Below are positions 44,615 to 52,627 of a stretch of 64,000 bases of DNA, in pieces. Source of the stretch: an uncultured Acidobacteriota bacterium (GTDB lineage Bacteria; Acidobacteriota; UBA6911); the NCBI GenBank assembly GCA_964481255.1, contig CAYZTZ010000005.1, positions 4,922-68,921 on the forward strand, in the 5' to 3' direction. Within the stretch, counting starts at the first letter, position 1, and each line of letters opens with the position of its first letter. Below the pieces are notes generated by a model. The model was not told where the DNA came from and did not search any database. It saw only the letters and a list, made by a program, of their open reading frames with translations. The position numbers were made by a program, and so were the translations under genes.

Positions 44615-45868
44615 CTAGATAGTTCCGGATTGCTGTAAGAGCTCCAGATCTCCTTTTGAAAAGCCGAGCTCCCCTTCATAAATGTCCCGGTTGTGCTCTC
44701 CCGGCAAAGGAGCTTTCCTCAACATCGTGAGCGGCGTTTCCGATAATTTTGCGAATGGGCCGGGATAGGTGATCCGTGCCTGAATTTCCGGATGATCAAC
44801 CTTGACCCAGAAGTCCCTGGCCTTTAATTGTGTGTTTTCAAAAATGTCTCGAGCTGTGGACACCGGGCAAAGCATGATCTTTCTTTCCAGGGCCTGGCTA
44901 TACAATTCAGCCTTTGTGTATCTCAAAAAAAGCTCCGCGATGGGGGCCTCCATTTGATCCTGCATTTCCTGGGTCTGACAGGACATGTCGAACACCGTCC
45001 AATCAAAATTTTCCATAAGCCCCGAAGCTAGACCCTCTTCCTGCAGCCACGCCGCCATGGCTCGATTGGTTTTAAGGCCGAAATCGCCGCCCAAAATATA
45101 AAAAATGACGTATCCATCCTTGCACCGCCATAACAGCTTCTGTTTTGTGTCCGTCCATCGGCCTGTGAGATAGGACCCCACGCGCCTGAGAATTTTATGA
45201 TTTAACTCCCACAGCGGAACTGCATTGGAGAGCTCCCATAGGACACACTCCTGCGCCGATACATCAACAAATTGCCCTTGCCCGGTCTTTTCACGATGGA
45301 AATAGGCGATAAGGCTCGCAGCGGCCGCATGGGCGCTGGCTAACATAAAGGACTGAGGAAAACTGATCCTCACGGGAGGCGCCTCCGGTCTTCCCGTGAT
45401 ATACAACAAGCCGCTCATAGCCATGACCACGAGGTCGGATGCTTTGAAGTTCCTGTAAGGTCCCGTTTGTCCAAACGGACTAATGGAGGTATAAATCATG
45501 CGCGGATTGAGCCCCTGGAGATCGGCGTACCCTAGTCCCAACGCATCCATATGTCCGGGAGGAAACGATTCAATGACAAAGTCGGCCTTGCTTGCCAGAG
45601 TTTTGAAAATTAGCCGTCCATCTCCGGAATCCAGATTTAAAGTAATCCCTCTTTTGCTCGCATTGTACGCGAACCATATAAGGCTTCTTTCCGGATCCGG
45701 GGTGTGACCATAGAAGGGACCGACACGCCTGTCCGGATCGCCTCCGGGCCTTTCGATTTTTATGACATCCGCTCCCAGGTCGGCCAGAATCCTGCCGCAC
45801 AGGTAGCCGTTCCCGTTCGTCAGATCCAGCACCCGCGGCGATCGAACCAGGCATTTCTTCTCTTCCAT
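44615..45868 (-). CDS. Family III CoA-transferase paralog (catalytic Asp position appears to be Ser)
   Basis: RVLDLTNGNGYLCGRILADLGADVIKIERPGGD, C-terminal PLPGEHN. The by-eye catalytic position reads PQSFMLAS. Confidence 0.8.
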   Translation of the reverse strand: MEEKKCLVRSPRVLDLTNGNGYLCGRILADLGADVIKIERPGGDPDRRVGPFYGHTPDPERSLIWFAYNASKRGITLNLDSGDGRLIFKTLASKADFVIESFPPGHMDALGLGYADLQGLNPRMIYTSISPFGQTGPYRNFKASDLVVMAMSGLLYITGRPEAPPVRISFPQSFMLASAHAAAASLIAYFHREKTGQGQFVDVSAQECVLWELSNAVPLWELNHKILRRVGSYLTGRWTDTKQKLLWRCKDGYVIFYILGGDFGLKTNRAMAAWLQEEGLASGLMENFDWTVFDMSCQTQEMQDQMEAPIAELFLRYTKAELYSQALERKIMLCPVSTARDIFENTQLKARDFWVKVDHPEIQARITYPGPFAKLSETPLTMLRKAPLPGEHNRDIYEGELGFSKGDLELLQQSGTI

Positions 45869-45872
45869 CCGC

Positions 45873-47057
45873 TCAATTTCCTTTACGGCCTAATCGTTTA
45901 TCCAGCGGGGAGGCATTATTCCGCCTGGATGGCAGAGCCACAATGGCATAGCCCGGCATTACGTTTTCCTGCCTTTGATTGATCGCAGATCGTTCGATAC
46001 GAACGCAGTAATCTCCATCTGCATCCATGTACTTGTCGGTAACCTTGCCCTTGACCCAAACGACGTCCGACAAATAGACGAACTTGTGGTACTCCGTATA
46101 ACTTCTCTTCAGCCAGCCGTCGTCTCCCATCCAATTCGTGATTAAATGAATACCCCAGCAGTGCCTTTGAACACCCACATCATAGGAATGTGGAAGTCCC
46201 ATTGCCTTTGCCGCCGCCCTGTTATAATGAACGGCAAAAATCGGTTCCAGCGCCGAGGTGTTGGGATCCCGGAAAGCCCAGGCCGGGTGTTTTCGATAGG
46301 ACCGCAAGGCCACGCCATGAGCCTGCAATCTCGGGATAGGAACCCCTCCGCCGATCACATAGGCTATCTCATCCGTGACTCCGAGCGGCCCTTTCACTAC
46401 CGGTTTCAGCTCATCTCCGATTTCAACGTCTTCCCAATACCGCGGCGTGGAACCTCGGACCTCCTCAGAAAGAATCTCCTGCTCAATCTGCCGCAATTGT
46501 TCCTCGGTCCAAGGATGCGGCAATTCAAGGTTGGCATACTTTTTTTTCTCGCGGGCCTTCGCTCTGGCGAAATGTACCACCCACCAATGATACCGGGCGA
46601 TCAGATCTCCGTGCTGGTTCCAATATTGATTTTGAAAATGGTCTATTACGGTCTCCTCAGCGTAGCTGCTTTTCTTTGGCCCGTCAAAGCTCTTGAATAC
46701 GCACTCTGCCGATATTTTATCCCCCATAAAAATCGGTTTCATGAATTCCACGTCGCAGCCGGCGTGAAATCCGCCCAGTCCCCTCCAGCCAAATATCACA
46801 TGAGAAAAACAGGCCCAGACGAACGAGGGGGGGGCGACAATACAGCCATACCGGCTCTTTTTTGCATATTCCGCATTACTCCACAGGGGATTCCAATCTC
46901 CTATTCCTTCGCTGAATTTTAGAATCGCCATTCTGGTCGCATACTCATTGTGCGTGCTTTCGTCCACGCGCAGTTTGAAGCCCAGTTTGGCGCGCATGTC
47001 CTCTATCATGTCTTGAGTGATTGTCGAATCGGGCATCACCACTTTTTTCTCGGGCAT
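45873..47057 (-). CDS. Double hot-dog (MaoC-like) acyl-CoA hydratase/dehydratase
   Basis: 394 aa, two hot-dog-sized halves. The N-terminal half (YATRMAILKFSEGIGDWNPLWSNAEYAKKSRYGCIVAPPSF) resembles the MaoC/FAS1-like dehydratase N-domain. Embedded between CoA-transferase genes with 4- and 49-nt gaps. Confidence 0.7.
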   Translation of the reverse strand: MPEKKVVMPDSTITQDMIEDMRAKLGFKLRVDESTHNEYATRMAILKFSEGIGDWNPLWSNAEYAKKSRYGCIVAPPSFVWACFSHVIFGWRGLGGFHAGCDVEFMKPIFMGDKISAECVFKSFDGPKKSSYAEETVIDHFQNQYWNQHGDLIARYHWWVVHFARAKAREKKKYANLELPHPWTEEQLRQIEQEILSEEVRGSTPRYWEDVEIGDELKPVVKGPLGVTDEIAYVIGGGVPIPRLQAHGVALRSYRKHPAWAFRDPNTSALEPIFAVHYNRAAAKAMGLPHSYDVGVQRHCWGIHLITNWMGDDGWLKRSYTEYHKFVYLSDVVWVKGKVTDKYMDADGDYCVRIERSAINQRQENVMPGYAIVALPSRRNNASPLDKRLGRKGN

Positions 47058-47106
47058 CCGTCACCTCTTTGGCTCGGTCGGACCGTTCCGGCCTTATGCC
47101 GCCGGG

Positions 47107-48465
47107 CTACCCCTCGCCAATTCCAATACCAAAGTGTTTTCTCAGTTCGGTGAGATAGTCCGGATCCATGGACCCTGCCTGTTGTTTTTCCAACAAATCA
47201 AGCCGCGTGGGCCTTCCGGGTGGAAAATCCGGAGTTCTGGAAATGACCTTATCCTTCTCCAGACGCACGAGCTCCTGCTTCGACATGCCCAACAATGAAC
47301 AAAAAACGTATTCGTTGTCCTCTCCGAAATGAGGAGCTCGCGTCAGGGCCAATTCCCTAAATCCTCGGAACTTTGCCGGCATCTGGCTGGGGATGGGCCT
47401 TGGACCGATGGCTTCTCCATGATCGATACACTGAAAGAAGCCTCGCTTCTTGAGGTGAGGATTCAGGTTGATTTCTTTCATGTTGAGCACGGCTCCGGCC
47501 GGGATCCTCAACCTCTGCAGGGTGTTCATTATTTCGAATTTGTCCCGGCGCATGGTCCATTGTTCCATCAGACAATCCAATTCAGGCTGTCGCGCAAGCC
47601 TGCCCTCCCTCGATGCGAACGCCCGGTCCCTTAACGCCTCAGGTTCATGGATCTCCCGGACAAAGCGCTTCCACTGGCCGTCGGTCTCTATAGCAATCGC
47701 CACCCACTCGTCGTCTCCCTTACAGCGATAACAGCCGTGAGGGGCGCATCCCGGATGCCGATTGCCCATGCGCCGGCGCTCGCGCTTATTCAGGATGCAA
47801 TCGAGAACTATGTCGCCCAGGTGGCAAAGAGTGGCTTCTCTTCCGGAAACATCCACGTACTGTCCCTTGCCGGTTATCTTCTGGTGGAATAGTGCGGTGA
47901 CCAGCGCCATGGCGGCATTGGCGCCTGTGACCCAGTCCCCGTAAGCGAAACCGGATAGAAGAGGCGGCTCATCCGGGTTGCCGGTGTTGTGCGTCAAACC
48001 GCTCATCCCCTCCATGCCCGGCACGTACATGTAGTAGTCCTTAAGCGGGCCGTCGTGTCCCAAGCCGCTCACCGAAACCATGATGATTCGAGGATTGATC
48101 TTCTTCAGGCGTTCGTAATTCAATCCCCAATGGGTCATTACCCTGGGCGAATAATTCTCGATGACCGCGTTGCTTATTCTTAAAAGCTGCCGGAAGATAT
48201 CGCGTCCCTTTTCGGTAGCCATATTGAGAGAGATGGCCCGTTTCCCTGCATTGAGGGAGTGAAACAGGCAGCCGCGATTCCAGGGATCGGCCCCCGGGTT
48301 GTTTTCGGGATAGACATTGGCTCGCGTAAATACATCCGGGCGTTGCCATGATTCTATCTTGAGAACCTCCGCTCCCAGTTCCGCCAATATCTTTGTGGCA
48401 ACGGGCCCGGCAAAAACCATGGTCAGATCGATAATTCTTATGCCGTCTAATATCTTGTATGCCAT
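47107..48465 (-). CDS. Family III CoA-transferase
   Basis: IRIIDLTMVFAGPVATKILAELGAEVLKIE, catalytic-position GDWVTG, C-terminal PHFGEDN. Confidence 0.85.
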   Translation of the reverse strand: MAYKILDGIRIIDLTMVFAGPVATKILAELGAEVLKIESWQRPDVFTRANVYPENNPGADPWNRGCLFHSLNAGKRAISLNMATEKGRDIFRQLLRISNAVIENYSPRVMTHWGLNYERLKKINPRIIMVSVSGLGHDGPLKDYYMYVPGMEGMSGLTHNTGNPDEPPLLSGFAYGDWVTGANAAMALVTALFHQKITGKGQYVDVSGREATLCHLGDIVLDCILNKRERRRMGNRHPGCAPHGCYRCKGDDEWVAIAIETDGQWKRFVREIHEPEALRDRAFASREGRLARQPELDCLMEQWTMRRDKFEIMNTLQRLRIPAGAVLNMKEINLNPHLKKRGFFQCIDHGEAIGPRPIPSQMPAKFRGFRELALTRAPHFGEDNEYVFCSLLGMSKQELVRLEKDKVISRTPDFPPGRPTRLDLLEKQQAGSMDPDYLTELRKHFGIGIGEG

Positions 48466-48480
48466 TATCGTTCCGATCGT

Positions 48481-49686
48481 TTATAGGATACCGGCACTCC
48501 GCAATCTCTCGATATCTTTTTGGGTGTACCCCAATCCTCGATAGATCTCACGGTTGTGTTCTCCCAGCAAAGGGGCTCGTCCGGAAAGCCATGGCGTCCT
48601 GCATAGTCTGGCAGGCGGGCCCGGGCTGGTGAATTCACCTAAACGTGGATGACGGATCGTGTCGAAGAACTTCCTGGCTCTCAATTGCGGGTCCTCTAAG
48701 AGTTCATGGACGCTCAAAACGGGAGTAAAAGCGAGCCGCAATTGCTGGGCTTCCGCCGTAATGTCCCATTTGTTGCGACTTATCAGCCACGGAATGACCA
48801 GGGCATCAAATCCTTCAGGATCGGCCATGCGGGTTCTTGGGTCGGTAAAAAACTCGCTGTCCTGTAATTCAGGTTTGTTGATCAGAAAAGGAATATTCGG
48901 CGCCCCTCCGATCCCGGGGGTGAGGCTGATCCAGCCATCCTTGCAGGGAACGCTGTAGCCGACGGGGTAACCGTGGATGGCAAACGGATTGGTCCGTCTG
49001 CTGAATCCCAGGTATGAATATTCCGTAATATGTCCCATGAGGGTGCTGGCGACACACTCCATCATTCCCACATCGATCGAAACGATATCCGGATTATTCG
49101 CTCGGCCCAGAAGCGCCGCCACCGTTGCTATATAGCTCAGCAGCCCCGTCGAGAATTCCGCCTGCACCCCCCCCAGCACGGAAGGTCTTGTTTTGGGTTT
49201 AGTCCCGGGTCTCATCGGATAGATCGCCCCGCCGAGGGCCGATACGGTGAGATTATTCGCGCGATAGCGGCGGTACGGCCCGGTTTTGCCAAAGGCTGAA
49301 ATTGAAGTCACAAGGATGCGGGGATTGATCTTCCGCAGTTTCTTCCTGGATAAACCCAATCTTCGGAGCCCTCCGGGGGCATAGCTTTCCACAAGGATAT
49401 CCGCGGTTTTCAGAATCCGCTTTGCTATTTCAATCCCCCTTTTGCTGTTGAGGTTTAAGGTAATGCTCTTCTTATTGGTGTTCAGATAGTGGAAAGTACC
49501 GCTCTTCTCGAGGTCATACTGATCATTGGGGAATGGTCCTATTTTCCGGGTGATATCCCCTTTGTTCGGTCTTTCAACTTTAATGACTTCGGCGCCGAAA
49601 GAACCGAACAGTTTTGTGCAATAGGGGCCTGCAATCCCCTGAGTCAGGTCCAGTATTCGCACCCCGCTGAATACCCGTTCGCCCAT
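48481..49686 (-). CDS. Family III CoA-transferase paralog (Glu at the catalytic Asp position)
   Basis: VRILDLTQGIAGPYCTKLFGSFGAEVIKVERP, catalytic-position QAEFSTG, C-terminal PLLGEHN. ATG 49686 (MGERVF) is preferred over the 23-aa longer track ORF. Confidence 0.8.
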   Translation of the reverse strand: MGERVFSGVRILDLTQGIAGPYCTKLFGSFGAEVIKVERPNKGDITRKIGPFPNDQYDLEKSGTFHYLNTNKKSITLNLNSKRGIEIAKRILKTADILVESYAPGGLRRLGLSRKKLRKINPRILVTSISAFGKTGPYRRYRANNLTVSALGGAIYPMRPGTKPKTRPSVLGGVQAEFSTGLLSYIATVAALLGRANNPDIVSIDVGMMECVASTLMGHITEYSYLGFSRRTNPFAIHGYPVGYSVPCKDGWISLTPGIGGAPNIPFLINKPELQDSEFFTDPRTRMADPEGFDALVIPWLISRNKWDITAEAQQLRLAFTPVLSVHELLEDPQLRARKFFDTIRHPRLGEFTSPGPPARLCRTPWLSGRAPLLGEHNREIYRGLGYTQKDIERLRSAGIL

Positions 49687-50345
49687 AAAATCACGCCCTT
49701 CTGCCAACGTGCGATGGATGCGTATCCCAAGACGCACACGTCCATGAGGACTCAAAACAAGTTTCCTGCACTTTGCTTGATCTCATGTTGCACACCGTTG
49801 ATATTTGACGATATTATTCCGCCGACAGAATCTGTTTCCAGTTTGCCGGCAATTGGATCCGTTGGCTGACCGGGAGCCCCTGCTGCGATTTCGGCCGGAG
49901 TCGCCGAGAGCGCAATCCAATACGCCCTTCCGCTCCTATTCCCTCCTTGAGCGGGGCAAAACAATATTATCATTGCAGGCAAAGCGTCGGACGCTCCAAT
50001 TCCACAACGGAAGGAGCTTATTGACGGATCGCTAACAGGCAACAGAAATTGCTTTATCTCCACAAAAATGATGCACCTAAACGCAGTTGCACATGAATTT
50101 ATTTGTAACATGGCGAAGCTTGTTTTAAAATGAAAAAAGAAGAACTGACCATCAGGCAAAGCAGGTCTTAGTTCTGGGAACCATTATGTTTATTGCTGCC
50201 AGGTTTCCCTCAAATGGTTGGGCTGTCTTGCCGTCCCCAATAGAAGGATTCGAAATGACAGCCGCGGATGAAGGTCAAAGCAAAACGCCGGAGGAGCGAG
50301 GCTTAAGGAATACTTGGGTTCCATAGAGCGTGGAGGGCGGAACAG

Positions 50346-51398
50346 ATGGCGGAATTTTCCAAGGATGAAGCCAAGGCCTGGGCAAAAAAGAACTTGAAAG
50401 GACTGGAAGCAGTAATTTTCCCGTCCTTTACACCGGATTTGAAAGAACTCGACGAAGAGGGTATTCGATATGATGTCAATCACCTCATTGCCAACGGTTT
50501 TACGTCCGTATTGGCAGCGCCGGAAGTTTGCGGAATGACCTTTGAAGAGCGAAAAAGGCTTGTCGAAATAGTATGCGACGAAGCAAAGGGTAAAATGCAC
50601 ACGTCGGTCGCTGTGATGCAGGATACCGTCGAGGAAGATATCGAGATGCTGCAGCATCTCGAAAAAGTCGGAGGAACTTTCGCCCTGCTCGGCCATCCGG
50701 TACAGTACCATCCCTGGTCGGTCGAGGATATTTTCCGGATGTATAAACACATGTGCGATTCGACAAATATCGCGATAGTGTTTTACGCCGGTCGACTCCA
50801 CACCAGGAAATTTCATCCGAGCTATTTTCCTCCGCAGCTCCTGCCACGTATAGCTGATATCCCTAACGTCGTGGCTATGAAAGTCGGCGGAGGGAGTTCG
50901 ATGGCCATTACGGTGATGTCTTTTCGTCTGTGCGGCGATAAAATCCTGGTCAACGACCCGACGCCTGAGAGGTGGTTTGTTACCGTGCCCCAATACGGTC
51001 AGCAATGGGCAGGCGCCGGCCCTTATTACGGAATGCAAACTCCCGAAAGACCGCGTATGGTCCATATGTTTAATCTGCTGGTGAAGGGTGAAATAGATAA
51101 AGCAATGGATATTTACTGGGAGGCGGCTCCTCCGGCAGAAGGCGGAGAAGGGCCGGCCGACTCCTATTTTCATACGGGCATTGTTACCGCTCTGAGCGAT
51201 AAATATTCACACTGGTGCAACGGGGGCAACGGCGGTACCGTCAGGCAACCTACAGGCCGGCTCCACGACTACCAGAAAGAGAGAATAAGGGCGGGGCTGA
51301 GAGCGCTGGGATTCACTCCTCGCGAACCCGAAGAAGAATTTTACGTCGGCAGGGTTAACTACGCCAAGGGAGCCAGATTGAAAAAATACAGTTCATAG
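50346..51398 (+). CDS. Divergent DHDPS/NAL-family (class I aldolase-like) protein, paralog 1
   Basis: TIM-barrel-sized (350 aa). Lys context IPNVVAMKV matches the DapA Schiff-base lysine strand. The GTTGE loop is replaced by PEVCGMT. RBS GGAGGG upstream. Confidence 0.7.
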   Translation: MAEFSKDEAKAWAKKNLKGLEAVIFPSFTPDLKELDEEGIRYDVNHLIANGFTSVLAAPEVCGMTFEERKRLVEIVCDEAKGKMHTSVAVMQDTVEEDIEMLQHLEKVGGTFALLGHPVQYHPWSVEDIFRMYKHMCDSTNIAIVFYAGRLHTRKFHPSYFPPQLLPRIADIPNVVAMKVGGGSSMAITVMSFRLCGDKILVNDPTPERWFVTVPQYGQQWAGAGPYYGMQTPERPRMVHMFNLLVKGEIDKAMDIYWEAAPPAEGGEGPADSYFHTGIVTALSDKYSHWCNGGNGGTVRQPTGRLHDYQKERIRAGLRALGFTPREPEEEFYVGRVNYAKGARLKKYSS

Positions 51399-51481
51399 CG
51401 GCAGATTGAATGAACGTATACCATATATATATATGCGGGACACCCGCCTCTATCCCGCACTATAAAGGAAGGGAGTTAACA

Positions 51482-52510
51482 ATGGAATTTACGAAATCAG
51501 AGGCCAAACAGTGGGCGAAAGAAAATTATAAGGGACTCGAGGGAGTATTAAGCCCTTCCTTTACGCCGGACCTGAGTCGACTGGACGAAGAAGGAATCCG
51601 ATATGATGTCCGGCATAACATAGACAAGGGGATGTTCAGCTTCCTTTGCCAGACAGAAGTTTGCGCAATGACTATGGAGGAGCGCAAGAGGTTCGTAGAA
51701 ATAGCCTGTGACGAAGCCAAAGGCAAGGTCCTGGTCTCCATGTTCACCGGCATCGATACTATGGAGCAGGATATCGAATTGTTACAGCATTTCGAGAAGG
51801 TCGGGGGAACTCATACCTTGCTTGGCTGGCCGGGAATGTTTTACGCTACGTCGGAAGAAGATATTTACCAGGCAACCAAAAAAGTATGCGATGCGACTAA
51901 TGTCGCCGTAGACCTCTGGCCAAAACCCAAGTTCGATTTCGGCAGATTTCATCCCAGCCATTTTAATCCCGAGCTGGTAGAAAGAATAACCGAAATACCC
52001 AACGTGGTTTCCATAAAAGCCTATATAAGCGACGGACTTGGAAAGTGGGCCGATATTCAACACCGTGTCGGCGATAAAGTTCTGCTACAGTCGGCTGAAG
52101 TAGAAGAGTGGCCTATTACAGTTGCAAAATATAAGCAGCAGTGGGCCGGACCGATAGATTACGTTATTTTCGATGAAACCGCCGATAATCCGCGCATCGT
52201 CAGAATGTTCAACCTGTTCAGGGAAGGCGAATTTTCAAAGGCGATGGAGCTTTACTGGGAACTGGCCCCGATAACGATTGGAGCCCGGGCTGCAATGCTT
52301 CAATCAGGTATGATGGGCGTGAAATACATGCAGTGGTTAACTGGGGGCAACGGCGGAATGTACAGACAGCCGACAATGCCGATATTTCAGCGCCAGAAAG
52401 ACGCAATGAGAGCGGGTCTGAAAGCCGCCGGTATCACCCCGCGGGAGCCCGAGGAAGAGTTCTATGTAGGAAGACTAAATTACGCCAAAGGCGCGAGGCT
52501 AAAGTATTAG
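51482..52510 (+). CDS. Divergent DHDPS/NAL-family protein, paralog 2
   Basis: About half the residues are identical by eye to paralog 1 (SEAKQWAKENYKGLEGV, LDEEGIRYDV, IPNVVSIK, TPREPEEEFYVGRLNYAKGARLK). ATG 51482 has a GGAAGGGAG RBS. Confidence 0.7.
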   Translation: MEFTKSEAKQWAKENYKGLEGVLSPSFTPDLSRLDEEGIRYDVRHNIDKGMFSFLCQTEVCAMTMEERKRFVEIACDEAKGKVLVSMFTGIDTMEQDIELLQHFEKVGGTHTLLGWPGMFYATSEEDIYQATKKVCDATNVAVDLWPKPKFDFGRFHPSHFNPELVERITEIPNVVSIKAYISDGLGKWADIQHRVGDKVLLQSAEVEEWPITVAKYKQQWAGPIDYVIFDETADNPRIVRMFNLFREGEFSKAMELYWELAPITIGARAAMLQSGMMGVKYMQWLTGGNGGMYRQPTMPIFQRQKDAMRAGLKAAGITPREPEEEFYVGRLNYAKGARLKY

Positions 52511-52627
52511 ACTACATTCCCACATTTCCCATAGATACAGCGTATACGTACGGCAATTCTTTTATTCCTGACACCGTATGCTCTGCATGGGAACAGGGAC
52601 GGAATAACGACGAGGAGACGGTCAAAA

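Noticed and set aside
49687-50345. Sigma54 (-24 GG / -12 GC) promoter in the divergent control region, and at 43270-43290 upstream of the AOR gene
   Set aside because: The TGG...TTGC/TGC candidates have the wrong spacing (15 and 12 nt instead of 10), or are on the wrong strand.
50190-51173. 327-aa minus-strand ORF opposite DHDPS-like paralog 1; also 49752..50159 (-, 135 aa), 58474..59658 (-, 394 aa), 56686..57201 (-) and 58200..58439 (+)
   Set aside because: They have no RBS and no motifs, and are antisense to or between well-supported genes. In the 50% GC region such ORFs still arise by chance at these lengths opposite coding DNA.
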